Source: an uncultured Candidatus Bathyarchaeia archaeon
Lineage (GTDB): Archaea; Thermoproteota; Bathyarchaeia; TCS64; B23
Assembly: GCA_964525955.1 (NCBI GenBank)
Contig: CAZGKJ010000002.1
Span: 1 to 59,372, forward strand
Direction: 5' to 3'
Length of the DNA: 59,372 nucleotides
Shown here: positions 35,166 to 44,216 of the stretch, one piece after another
How the letters are laid out: the number at the start of each line of letters is the position of its first letter
Numbering within the stretch: position 1 is the stretch's first letter
Notes under the pieces: model-generated
The model's database searches: none
What the model saw: the letters and a program-made list of their open reading frames with translations, nothing else
Told to the model about the DNA's origin: nothing
Translations under genes and position numbers: made by a program

Positions 35166-36225
35166 ATGGCCGAGAAGGGGGGTCTCGTCGTCTGGGCGGC
35201 CCTCTTCATCATCGGCCTCCTCATAGGCGTCGGAGCAGGCTATGGAGTCGCAGCCTCAACCTACGGCAGGAAGATCAAGGGCTATGAGGAGAGGGTCTCA
35301 GAGCTTGAGAAGACGAAGACAAGCCTCGAAACCAAGGTCTCGGAGCTCCAGAGCGACAAGGAGGAGCTGCTGGAGATGGTCGACGAGCTGAAGGAGACCC
35401 GTGAGGATCTGGAGTCAGAGATCTCTGAGCTTAGAGCAGAGGTTGAGGAGCTGGAGGGGAAGGTTCCAGCAGACCTCTGGGACCTCTACTTCAAGTATAT
35501 CAAGCCTAAGAAGTTCGTCGACCTAACCCACAGCTTCAGACCCGGCATACCACACTGGCCAGGCTTCCCAGACTCCAAGAGGGAGATACTATACTGGTAT
35601 GAGCCAGGCGTGGGAACCATGGGCTCAGGATTCTACGCAGAATACTTCTGCCATGTCGGCCAGTGGGGAACCCACTGCGACCCCCCCAGCCCACTTCATA
35701 AAGGGCCTGATGACCATCGACGAGCTTCCGGTCAAGTGGATGGTTCTGCCCCTCGTAGTCATCGACGTCCATGAGAAGGTGGCTGAAAACCCAGACTACG
35801 TGTTGACGGTCGACGACATAAAGGCCTGGGAGGCCAAATACGGCCCAATACCGGAGGGAGCCTTCGTTGCCATGAGGACCGACTGGTCTAAACGGTGGCC
35901 TGACATGGCTGCGATGAGAAACGAGGATGCCGAGGGCGTAGCCCACTATCCAGGCTGGACGCTGAGCGCCCTCAAATATCTCTTCGAGGAGAGAAACGTA
36001 ACAGCCATAGGCCACGAGCCGACGGACACGGATCCAGGGGTCAACACAACCAGGGGCATATACGCCTGCGAATCCTATGTGCTCTCCCTCAACAAATACC
36101 AGATAGAGCTCCTAACAAACCTAGACAAGGTTCCGGAGTATGGAGCCCTAGTCGTCGTCACATGGCCTAAACCGGAGAATGGGTCAGGGTTCCCAGCGAG
36201 GGTCTTCGCCATAATCCCAGGATAA
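35166..36225 (+). pseudogene. membrane-anchored coiled-coil protein fused to cyclase/kynurenine-formamidase family domain, split by a frameshift in a C7 run (35681-35687)
   Basis: A TM helix is followed by the SELEKTKTSLETKVSELQSDKEELLEMVDELKETREDLESEISELRAEVEELEG coil and then DLTHSF. Reading the C7 run as C6 restores HVGQWGTHCDPPAHFIKG, matching the HxGTHxDxPxH metal-binding motif. Confidence 0.7.
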
Positions 36226-36289
36226 ACCCCTTTTTATGACAGCCCACATTTTTGAAATGGGATAGATTATAAGTGGGAATATAGATGAA

Positions 36290-36556
36290 ATGGATGGGAT
36301 GGAGACCCTGGTCAGGGTGGATAGGAGAGGGAGGATCGTCATACCTAAGGCTGTGAGGGAGCGCATCGGATTGGGGAGGATGGCCAGGCTTAGAGTTGAG
36401 GGGGGGAGGATCACAATCGAGCCCGCCAGAAATCCCCTCGAAGCCTTAAGGAGGACGGTGAGGGTGAACATCACCGACGTGGAGGGGGAGCTCAGGGAGT
36501 TGAGGAGGGAGGCCGAGGAGCAGCTTAAGAGGGAGGCCTCAAGGCGTTGGCGATAG
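36290..36556 (+). CDS. vapB: SpoVT/AbrB-type antitoxin (VapB)
   Basis: LVRVDRRGRIVIPKAVRERIGL. Confidence 0.8.
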   Translation: MDGMETLVRVDRRGRIVIPKAVRERIGLGRMARLRVEGGRITIEPARNPLEALRRTVRVNITDVEGELRELRREAEEQLKREASRRWR

Positions 36557-36969
36557 TCGAAACAGACTTCATAATAGCCCTCCTAAACGAGAGGGACCGC
36601 CTCCACAGGATTTACATAGAGATAGCGGAGGAGGATAACCTCACCCTCTCCCCCTACACCCTCATAGAGGTTGAGATGCTATGGCTCTCCAGGAGGCTCA
36701 TAATAGAGGATTATGAAGCCTTCCAGAGACATCTCAACGACCTCCTCGAATACTACTCGATAAGGCTAATGACAGACAAACCCAGATACCATGCAGAAGC
36801 CCACAGACTGAGGAGGGAAAACAACCTAACCTACTTCGACAGCCTACACGCAGCTGCAGCCCTCACAGAAGACCTAACCCTCATAAGCTCAGACCCTATA
36901 TACCGCAGGGTGGAAAACCTAAAACACCTACACCCAACAGAATGGCGGGGCAGACGCCAATACCTATAA
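36547..36969 (+). CDS. vapC: PIN-domain toxin (VapC)
   Basis: MAIVETDFIIALLNERD, YFDSLHAAAAL and LISSDPIY. It overlaps vapB by 10 nt. Confidence 0.8.
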   Translation: MAIVETDFIIALLNERDRLHRIYIEIAEEDNLTLSPYTLIEVEMLWLSRRLIIEDYEAFQRHLNDLLEYYSIRLMTDKPRYHAEAHRLRRENNLTYFDSLHAAAALTEDLTLISSDPIYRRVENLKHLHPTEWRGRRQYL

Positions 36970-36994
36970 AACACCAAAACCAAAACCTAACGGG

Positions 36995-38008
36995 ATGAGG
37001 GGCAGAATCAAGAGGCTGAGGGTCAAAAACCTACTAAGCCTCAGAGACGTAACCATAGACTTCGGAGAAAAACTCACAGTCCTCGTAGGCCCAAACGCAG
37101 GAGGAAAAAGCAACATAATAAAAACATTAGAAACAATAAAAAGAAGCGTTGAATTCCAACCTAATCAAAAATTTCTTTTAAGCCTTTTAAAAATCGATTT
37201 TAAAGAGTTTATATTTGGAGGGGACACAAGAAAAGAAGGGCTCATTCAATTAGATGGGGTTATGAATGGAAAAGATTTTGAGTATGAAGCTAATCTATTT
37301 AGAAAGATTCCATTTGAAGATTACATTTTTTGGAAGCAAGAGTCTGATGCTGCTTCGTTCTTAGGTAAAATGGGATTTTATTCCTTTGTCCCTCAATCTA
37401 TATTGAATGAAGTTGAGATGGAGGAAGGCCCTATTTTATCCAGAGATGGATCAAATCTCGCAGGTCTCCTTGCTTATCTTAAGCTCACAGATTATAAGCT
37501 GTTCCATTCTATTGAGGAGAAACTTATGAGTTATGTCCCAGAGATTGAGGAGATCATATTATTTCCTAAAACTATTAAAGAAAACGCTGTGAAGAAGGTT
37601 TATCGAATATGCATTAGAGAGAGGGGATTTAAGGAATCCTTCACCAATATTTCGGATGGGACCCTAAGGCTTTTGAGCTTCGTTACGGCTCTAAGCCTTA
37701 ACCACTCTCTCGTAGCCTTTGAGGAGCCTGAGAACTGCATTCATCCCCATCTCCTGGAGCTCCTCGTTGATATGATGCGTAAGGCTGATTGCCAAGTCGT
37801 CATCACGACGCATTCACCCTATCTCCTGGATTATGTTGAGCCGGAGGAGGTTGTTGTTGTCTGGAGGGAGATGGGTGAGGAGGGATTGGAGACCAAGGTG
37901 AGGAGGCCCTCAGAGGAGGAGCTTGAGAGGGTTAAGGCTCTATTGAGAGATGGTTGGACTCTCGGGGAGGTCTGGTGTTCGGGGGTTATAGGGGGAGTCC
38001 CTGAGTGA
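36995..38008 (+). CDS. ABC/SMC-like AAA ATPase (AAA_21/OLD-family ATPase type)
   Basis: IKRLRVKNLLSLRDVTIDFG, Walker A GPNAGGKSN, signature-like SDGTLRLLSF, Walker B LVAFEEPENCIHP and ITTHSP. The core of the gene is AT-rich. Confidence 0.85.
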   Translation: MRGRIKRLRVKNLLSLRDVTIDFGEKLTVLVGPNAGGKSNIIKTLETIKRSVEFQPNQKFLLSLLKIDFKEFIFGGDTRKEGLIQLDGVMNGKDFEYEANLFRKIPFEDYIFWKQESDAASFLGKMGFYSFVPQSILNEVEMEEGPILSRDGSNLAGLLAYLKLTDYKLFHSIEEKLMSYVPEIEEIILFPKTIKENAVKKVYRICIRERGFKESFTNISDGTLRLLSFVTALSLNHSLVAFEEPENCIHPHLLELLVDMMRKADCQVVITTHSPYLLDYVEPEEVVVVWREMGEEGLETKVRRPSEEELERVKALLRDGWTLGEVWCSGVIGGVPE

Positions 38009-38535
38009 TCGGCATCGTCGTCGAGGGGCCGACGGATAAGGCGGCAGTTGAGACGATATGTAGAAGGCTTAGAATTCGATGTGAGGTGAGGTTCGCAAAA
38101 AGACCAGGGGGAAATGAGCCTAAAGCGATTAATAGCTTGATAAGACGGGAATTCCTCCCCATGGGAGCCGATAAGGTGATAGTCCTAAAGGATGAGAAGG
38201 CTTCACCAGGCGTATTAGAAACCATTCGAAGAATCATAAGAGAAACCCAAGACCTGATCGAGACGGAGCTTATAGTGATAAAGCCCGAGATGGAGGCCTG
38301 GCTCCTCGCAGACCCAGAGGCCGTCGAGAGAGTTCTGGGCCATAGACCGAGGATCAGGAACCCTGAGGAATGCGAGAATCCGGTGGATGAACTGGATAGA
38401 ACCGCTATGAGATGCGGTAGAAGATATATGAAGAGTCCAAAGCTTGTGCATAGAATCGTCGAGGAGATGGATTTGGAGAGGGCTAGGGAAAGATGTAGCT
38501 CCCTCAACCTCTTCCTCAGAAAACTCACCTCATAA
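38005..38535 (+). CDS. small TOPRIM-like protein (DUF4276/RloB/AriB class)
   Basis: A GTGA start-stop overlap joins it to the ATPase gene. The N-terminal IGIVVEGPTDKAAVETI matches the TOPRIM conserved Glu strand. A later acidic VIVLKDEK and EMEAWLLAD follow. Confidence 0.55.
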   Translation: MIGIVVEGPTDKAAVETICRRLRIRCEVRFAKRPGGNEPKAINSLIRREFLPMGADKVIVLKDEKASPGVLETIRRIIRETQDLIETELIVIKPEMEAWLLADPEAVERVLGHRPRIRNPEECENPVDELDRTAMRCGRRYMKSPKLVHRIVEEMDLERARERCSSLNLFLRKLTS

Positions 38536-38676
38536 ACAACCTTTAGAGCTATGCATCACCATCATGATCCCTAGAGTTAATCGCATCATGGAATCTTCTC
38601 TCAAATTCCCTCCAATCTCCTATGGCATCAACTCCTAGATCGACGCTATCAAAGAACTTAGTGAGATTAAACCGCC

Positions 38677-39009
38677 TCAAGCCTTTTCACCTTCAACGAT
38701 TCTCCTCCTTAAAGCCCTTAGGGTTCCTGAGACTCTTAGGACGTGGAGGGCGACCTGTGAGCCTTCCACCTCCGTTATGGCTGTGAGCGACGCCCTCATC
38801 CAGGGGAGCCATCTATGGTTGCATCTCACTATGCCGATTCGGTGTTGTTCATCGAACTCTATCAGGGTGGGCTCCAGCTTCCATAGGCCGTTTAGTCCGT
38901 ATAGCCTCTCAATGCTCCCCTTTATAGCCTCCTCCAAGTCTCTTCTCTTCACGGTTTCTCCCTCAACCTTGAAGGCCAGATATCTCCTCCTAATTGGTTC
39001 GACGGGCAT
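38677..39009 (-). CDS. rnp2: RNase P protein component 2 (Pop5 homologue)
   Basis: RRRYLAFKVEGE at the N-terminus, a length of about 110 aa, and co-transcription with the Rpp30 homologue. Confidence 0.8.
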   Translation of the reverse strand: MPVEPIRRRYLAFKVEGETVKRRDLEEAIKGSIERLYGLNGLWKLEPTLIEFDEQHRIGIVRCNHRWLPWMRASLTAITEVEGSQVALHVLRVSGTLRALRRRIVEGEKA

Positions 39010-39703
39010 CGACTCCGCCTCCCTGGCCTATGACCCTAACCCCAGGCGCCGCATATTCACCTGACAGCTTCCTCCTATTCCTCTCTATGATGCTCCAGGG
39101 ATTTGTGGAGACCATCTCCACGGCATCTTCGAGTTCTATGTCCAGCAGGGTCAGCAGCGATGCCAGACCCCTAGGCTCCCTCATCTCCAGAGGCTCTGAG
39201 GCTCCGCTGGATAGGATGACGGGGACACCCCTCCTATAGGCGTTCCAGATTCCCTCAGCCACTCTCCTTAATCCACGGAGGCTCCCATACTCGATTAGGG
39301 TGAGGAGCTCCGTCAGGTTTATCTCATAGGCGCATCCGCTCTGAGCTGCCAGCCTCGCCTCGGCTTCGTCGAACCAGAGGCCTGAACCTGGAGGGAAGTA
39401 GACCACGTCAACCCTATGGTCTCGGGCCGCCTGCCTCGCCACGGCCTTGCTATGACATTCGACAGCCACCACCACGTATAGGGTTCTAACCCTCCGTAGA
39501 GAAGCCTTCAAGGCTCCAGCCGTCTTTGGCTTCAGGTCGACCCGTGAGATGACGTCTAAACCCCTCGGAGCCTCCAGCCCCTCTAGGGTTTGGCTGCCCG
39601 CCACGGCCACGGCTTCATATCCAAGTCTTTTAGCCTTCTCCAGCATCGGCTTCAGCTCCTCTCGGCTTCGGGGTCTTAGGTGGAGGTCTATGAAGCGGCG
39701 CAT
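38990..39703 (-). CDS. rnp3: RNase P protein component 3 (Rpp30 homologue)
   Basis: FIDLHLRP start and a length typical of a PHP-like TIM-barrel (237 aa). It overlaps the Pop5 gene. Confidence 0.8.
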   Translation of the reverse strand: MRRFIDLHLRPRSREELKPMLEKAKRLGYEAVAVAGSQTLEGLEAPRGLDVISRVDLKPKTAGALKASLRRVRTLYVVVAVECHSKAVARQAARDHRVDVVYFPPGSGLWFDEAEARLAAQSGCAYEINLTELLTLIEYGSLRGLRRVAEGIWNAYRRGVPVILSSGASEPLEMREPRGLASLLTLLDIELEDAVEMVSTNPWSIIERNRRKLSGEYAAPGVRVIGQGGGVDARRTN

Positions 39704-39797
39704 CCCAAAGGGGTTTAGGGGCTGAGCCTAAAGAGGTTTCCCTAGTTTTTCTGAGGAGTATTTTTATATCAGAATAAAGATGAATTGACTGATTGAT

Positions 39798-40046
39798 ATG
39801 TATTTGTCTGAGGAAGCCGTCATAGGTAAGAGGGGGGTTCTAGTCATCCCGAAGGAGATTAGGGAGAAATTGGGCTTGAAGGAGGGGAGGAGAGTCCTCA
39901 TAGGAGTTGAGGGAGGTAAAATCATCATCGAGCCACTGCCCAGCGATCCCTTCAAGGTTCTGGAGGAGGTTATCGGCGAGCCTTATAGGGAGGAGGTGGA
40001 TGAGGAGAGGGCTATGAGGTGGATGAGGGAGCATGCCGGTCGCTGA
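39798..40046 (+). CDS. vapB: SpoVT/AbrB-type antitoxin (VapB)
   Basis: VIGKRGVLVIPKEIREKLGLKEG. Confidence 0.8.
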   Translation: MYLSEEAVIGKRGVLVIPKEIREKLGLKEGRRVLIGVEGGKIIIEPLPSDPFKVLEEVIGEPYREEVDEERAMRWMREHAGR

Positions 40047-40434
40047 CACGGATCTCCTATTCGCTCTAAATCCAATCGATCCAAAACATGAGAAGGCTCT
40101 GAGAAGCGTCAAAACCATAGAGGGGATAGTGGCGCCAGATACGGCCCTCCTAGAGTTCCAATTCGTCCTCAGGGGGAGGGGGAAGAGTAGAGATGAAATC
40201 AAATACGCCCTACTAGCCCTCCTAGAAATCCTGAGGAGATATGGGATTAGAGAGGTGAAGACCATTGATCTCAAGCTCCTAGCTCTACAATTGGAGTTAG
40301 AGGAGCGCTATGGATTAACCTACTTCGACAGCCTCATAGCTGCCTCAGCCCTAATTCAAGATGGAGCCGTCATCTCCGACGATAAAGCCTTTGATAAGGT
40401 AGAGGGGCTACGTAGGATACCTATCTCCAAATAG
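40033..40434 (+). CDS. vapC: PIN-domain toxin (VapC)
   Basis: MPVADTDLLFAL, YFDSLIAASAL and VISDDKAF. It overlaps vapB by 14 nt. Confidence 0.8.
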   Translation: MPVADTDLLFALNPIDPKHEKALRSVKTIEGIVAPDTALLEFQFVLRGRGKSRDEIKYALLALLEILRRYGIREVKTIDLKLLALQLELEERYGLTYFDSLIAASALIQDGAVISDDKAFDKVEGLRRIPISK

Positions 40435-40467
40435 CTTTTAAGGCCTCTAACCCCTAATTGATGCGCC

Positions 40468-41367
40468 ATGGGGGGCCTCCTATACCATGAAGCCATCAGA
40501 CCCGGCCTCTCCAGGCTTATAGGGGTTAGGCGGGTCGTCTACTCTGGCCGCACAAGGTTTCAGAGGGTTGAAATCGTCGACACCGAGGTTTTTGGACGTA
40601 TGCTCTTCCTCGACGGCATATCTCAGCTCTCAACCTTCGATGAGCACATATATCATGAGAGCCTCGTCCATCCGGCTTTGTTGACTCATCCCAGGCCGAG
40701 GAGGGTTTTGATCATCGGTGGAGGAGACGGGGGAGCCCTGGAGGAGGTTTTGAAGCATAGGGTCGTCGAGGAGGTCGTCATGGTGGACATCGACGAGGAG
40801 CTCATAGAGTTGACGAGACGCCACCTATGGGAAGTCAACAGGGGGGCCTTCGACGATCCAAGGGTTCAACTCATCTTCAGGGATGGCCGCGAATACATCG
40901 ATGGATGCTCTGAGGACTTTGATGCAGTGATACTCGACCTAACAGACCCCTTGGGGCCATCGAGGAGGCTCTACACCCTTGAAGCCTACCGGAGGATCGG
41001 CGAAATAATCGGCGATGAGGGGATAATGGTGACCCACGCCGAGTCGCCCTACATCTATCAGAGGGAGTTCCTCACAATATATAGAACCCTCAGCGAGGTC
41101 TACCGCATCGTCAGACCCTATGGAGCCTGGATTCCAAGCCTCGGCTCCTACTGGATGTTCATAACAGCCTCCAACACCCACGACCCAAGGGCCATAGGCC
41201 CGGAGGAGATTGAGCGGAGACTCAAGGAGCGGGGCATAAAGACCCAATACTACACATCGGAGCTCCAGAGAGCCATCTTCACGCTGCCAAAGAACATCCA
41301 GGAGGCCCTAGAGAAGGGTGATGTAGGGTTATCAACGGATGAGAGACCCTTGGAGAGACTCCTTTAA
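40468..41367 (+). CDS. speE: polyamine aminopropyltransferase (spermidine synthase)
   Basis: LFLDGISQLSTFDEHIYHE, VLIIGGGDGGALEEVLKH, MVDIDEE and ILDLTDP. Confidence 0.9.
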   Translation: MGGLLYHEAIRPGLSRLIGVRRVVYSGRTRFQRVEIVDTEVFGRMLFLDGISQLSTFDEHIYHESLVHPALLTHPRPRRVLIIGGGDGGALEEVLKHRVVEEVVMVDIDEELIELTRRHLWEVNRGAFDDPRVQLIFRDGREYIDGCSEDFDAVILDLTDPLGPSRRLYTLEAYRRIGEIIGDEGIMVTHAESPYIYQREFLTIYRTLSEVYRIVRPYGAWIPSLGSYWMFITASNTHDPRAIGPEEIERRLKERGIKTQYYTSELQRAIFTLPKNIQEALEKGDVGLSTDERPLERLL

Positions 41368-41425
41368 TGCCCGTTATAGAGTCGTATCTGGAGCTGGCTG
41401 AGGAGATATTTGAGGGGGTGAGGGG

Positions 41426-41917
41426 ATGGCTTGTGGAGAGGGGGTTGATCTAGGGTTTACGCCGGAGGGCTTGGATGTATACGAGGGGCTGAAGGATTGG
41501 TTGAAGGCGCTTAGAGATAGGGGTGTGAAGGTGAGATGCGCCGTCGTCATCGGCTCTAGGGCTAGGGGGGAGTGGAGGCCTCACAGCGATACGGATGTCC
41601 TCATCGTCGTTGAGGAGGATGTGAGGATCCCCTACCTCGATGAGGGGATGCGCATCGGGGTGGAGGCGAGGGTCTACACGGCTGAGGGGCTGTTGAGAGC
41701 CTTGAGTGAGCTTAGGCTCACACCCTTGGAGGCGGGGGATCACGGCATCCCCATCTACGACGACGGCTTCTGGAAGCTGTTCAAAGAGGAGTTTGAGAGG
41801 GTTAAGGCCCGATATGGCTTGGAGCGCATCGACATCGGATGGAGGGTGAGGGAGAAACCCTTTAGGCTTCGACGAGGCGTCTCACATGGTCGAGATAGTT
41901 CCTCGCTTTCTCCATGA
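41426..41917 (+). CDS. minimal nucleotidyltransferase (MNT-type); true start probably ATG 41367 with a frameshift in a G5 run (41440-41444)
   Basis: The NTase motif is VVIGSRARGEWRPHSDTDVLIVV. An upstream ORF, MPVIESYLELAEEIFEGVRGWLVERG, starts in a TAATG junction with the speE stop. It joins in frame if the G5 run is read as G6. Confidence 0.7.
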   Translation: MACGEGVDLGFTPEGLDVYEGLKDWLKALRDRGVKVRCAVVIGSRARGEWRPHSDTDVLIVVEEDVRIPYLDEGMRIGVEARVYTAEGLLRALSELRLTPLEAGDHGIPIYDDGFWKLFKEEFERVKARYGLERIDIGWRVREKPFRLRRGVSHGRDSSSLSP

Positions 41918-42245
41918 GGGGCTTATGTTCAGGCTCCTCATATATGAGACCATAAAAGCATTCCCCGTGGAGTTTACTCCTGACATCCATGAAGTATGAG
42001 GCCATGACCCTCGCCTCGTCCTCCTTCAGCCCAGCCTTCACGAAGGCCTCAGCCACAAAATCCCTCCAGTAGACGCCTTTAGGAGGGGCGATCCTCCCCA
42101 GATACCTCCGGGTTAATGCCGCCGTTGCAGCCTTCACAGACGCCCAAATCTTCTCAGCGGCGTCATAGTAGTCCTCCTCTTCGAGGAGTTTCATACCTAG
42201 CCTATGATACTCCTCAGCCATCAAGATATACCTCTCAGCCTCCAT
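41862..42245 (-). CDS. PaREP1-family (HEPN-like helical) protein
   Basis: The helical pattern AERYILMAEEYHRLGMKLLEEEDYYDAAEKIWASVKAATAAL is typical of the archaeal PaREP1 family. Confidence 0.65.
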   Translation of the reverse strand: MEAERYILMAEEYHRLGMKLLEEEDYYDAAEKIWASVKAATAALTRRYLGRIAPPKGVYWRDFVAEAFVKAGLKEDEARVMASYFMDVRSKLHGECFYGLIYEEPEHKPLMEKARNYLDHVRRLVEA

Positions 42246-42360
42246 CTATGCCACCTATGTTAGGGTAGGGACACCATTAAGGCTTTAGGAAGACGGGGAT
42301 TTGGCCTTTCCCCACCATCCACTGCGCAGCCCTTATCTCCCTCTCCGCCCTTAAGGCTAT

Positions 42361-43074
42361 TTGATGTATGGTTGGAGGCTTCGCATCGGCCTTATAGTGC
42401 CTTCGAGCAACACAACCATGGAGTCCGAGTTCAACAGGATGAAGCCTGAGGGGGTCAGCGTCCACACGGCTAGGATGAGGCTGATAGAGGCGACTCCCGA
42501 TGCCTTGATTAAGATGGCTGAGGATGCCCATAGGGCTGCGGAGCTCCTCGCCACGGCGGATGTCGACGTCATCATCTACGGATGCACCACAGGCTCCCTC
42601 GTCAAGGGGGTTGAGTGGGAGGAGGGGCTGAGGAGGGAGATCGAGGAGTCGACGGGCATCAAAACCGTCACAACGGCTGGAGCAGTCGTCGACGCCTTGA
42701 GGGCTCTGGGCATAAAGCGGCTCTGCGTCGCAACCCCCTATATAAAGGAGCTGGATGAGCTGGAGGTCAGATTCCTAAGTGAACTCGGCTTCGAGGTCTT
42801 GGCCATAAAGGGTCTTGGCCTGAAGAGGAATACGGAGATCGGCTCCCAGCCTCCATGGGTCTCATATCGATTAACGAGGGAGGCCTATAGGGATGAGGCC
42901 GACGGCATATTCATCAGCTGCACAAACTTCAGAACAATAGAGATCATAGAGAGGTTGGAGGCTGAGTATGGTAAGCCAGTCGTCACCAGTAATCAGGCCT
43001 CCATGTGGGCTGCGATGAAGCTGATCCATCAGCCAATAGAGGGCTATGGCCGTCTATTGAGGGAGATGGTGTAG
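42361..43074 (+). CDS. Asp/Glu racemase superfamily enzyme, maleate isomerase/arylmalonate decarboxylase-like
   Basis: RIGLIVPSSNTTMESEF, with the two catalytic Cys contexts YGCTTGS and ISCTNFRT. Confidence 0.8.
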   Translation: MMYGWRLRIGLIVPSSNTTMESEFNRMKPEGVSVHTARMRLIEATPDALIKMAEDAHRAAELLATADVDVIIYGCTTGSLVKGVEWEEGLRREIEESTGIKTVTTAGAVVDALRALGIKRLCVATPYIKELDELEVRFLSELGFEVLAIKGLGLKRNTEIGSQPPWVSYRLTREAYRDEADGIFISCTNFRTIEIIERLEAEYGKPVVTSNQASMWAAMKLIHQPIEGYGRLLREMV

Positions 43075-43096
43075 AAAAAGGGGTGCGCCTCCCCTT

Positions 43097-44173
43097 TTAT
43101 GCCGCGAAGATTCTCATGTCTCCGAGGATGGCTGTTGGGAGGGGCATATCCTTCATCGTCAGCAATCCAGGCTGAGCCGTTATGACTCTGGGAATCATGT
43201 TGACGACGATGTGAGCCGTCTCCCAGTCTCCGAGCATCTCGCTCATCCTCACCTTTATCGTGGGCGTCCCCTCGATGATATACTCCTCATAGCCCTCCTC
43301 GACTCCTGCGTGCATCACCAATTTATAGCGTATGACCGGCTCCCCATTCATTATGCCCTCTGCGACGGCGTTGTATCCCAGCATCTCACCTGGCTTCACA
43401 GTCGTGTAGGTTGTCTTCACCTCCCTCTCAGCGATCACCGGCTCCGGTGGATACTCCTTGATCTCATCGAGAGTCCATCCAAGGGCTGCAGCAGTGAGGG
43501 CGACGGACTGCCTGAAGCCCACGTGACCTGTGATCTCCCCGCTTTCAAGCTTCGCCTTAAACTCCTCCGGCTTCATACCGGTTCCGATCTTACGCTGGAA
43601 GGAGGAACGTCTCTGACCCGTAGGTATGGCCCTCACAGCCTCTATACGTTTAACCTCCCTGCACAGAGCCGTCAGGATGAGGGGGAAGGTATCCATGAAG
43701 TATCCTGGATTTATGCCCGTCGCCAGAACGGTGACGCCATACTGCCTGGCGAGGCCGTCGATCTCAGCCGCCAGCTGAGGCTCATCAACCCATGGATAGG
43801 CCAACTCCTCGGAGGTTGAGACCACATCTAAGCCAGCCTCGATGCATTTGACAACCTGATCATAGACCGTCCTCACATAGGATGTCGTGGCTATCACAGC
43901 AACATCGGCTCCGATCTTATCCAACAGAGTGTCGGCATCATCGGTGACCGTGACCCCAAGCCTCCGGTCGAGGCCGATTATCTCCCCGAGATCCTTCCCA
44001 ACCTTCCCTGGATCGATGTCCACAGCCCCCACGATCTTTATTCCCCTCTTCCCAAGGATCGTATGCGCGATCCTCTGCCCTATCGGGCCGAGGCCGAAGA
44101 GAACAACCCTAATCTCATCCATGGCCATCCATAAATCACCTCCAACCCCTCTAAAGGGTTTCGAGACCTTCAC
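43097..44173 (-). CDS. NAD(P)-binding DapB-like dehydrogenase (2,4-diaminopentanoate dehydrogenase-like)
   Basis: The Rossmann start is IRVVLFGLGPIGQRIA and the following block is IVGAVDIDPGKVGKDLGEI. The start is probably the internal MAMDEI. Confidence 0.65.
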   Translation of the reverse strand: MKVSKPFRGVGGDLWMAMDEIRVVLFGLGPIGQRIAHTILGKRGIKIVGAVDIDPGKVGKDLGEIIGLDRRLGVTVTDDADTLLDKIGADVAVIATTSYVRTVYDQVVKCIEAGLDVVSTSEELAYPWVDEPQLAAEIDGLARQYGVTVLATGINPGYFMDTFPLILTALCREVKRIEAVRAIPTGQRRSSFQRKIGTGMKPEEFKAKLESGEITGHVGFRQSVALTAAALGWTLDEIKEYPPEPVIAEREVKTTYTTVKPGEMLGYNAVAEGIMNGEPVIRYKLVMHAGVEEGYEEYIIEGTPTIKVRMSEMLGDWETAHIVVNMIPRVITAQPGLLTMKDMPLPTAILGDMRIFAA

Positions 44174-44216
44174 TCCCCCTCAAAGCGTTATAAGGGTTTG
44201 TGGAGGAGATACAAGC

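Noticed and set aside
38549-38680. 43-codon minus-strand ORF downstream of rnp2 containing FNLTKFFDSVDLG, reminiscent of reverse-transcriptase motif A (xFFDSIxH)
   Set aside because: It is too short and has only one motif-like stretch, with the catalytic Asp position not conserved. It has a TTG start overlapping the rnp2 stop. It could be chance or a tiny gene remnant, and cannot be supported.
43887-44216. N-terminal 110 codons of ORF 43887..44879
   Set aside because: This part lies entirely antisense to the dehydrogenase gene and is Ser/Pro/Thr-rich. It is a shadow frame; the restriction-enzyme-like gene is taken from the ATG at 44217.
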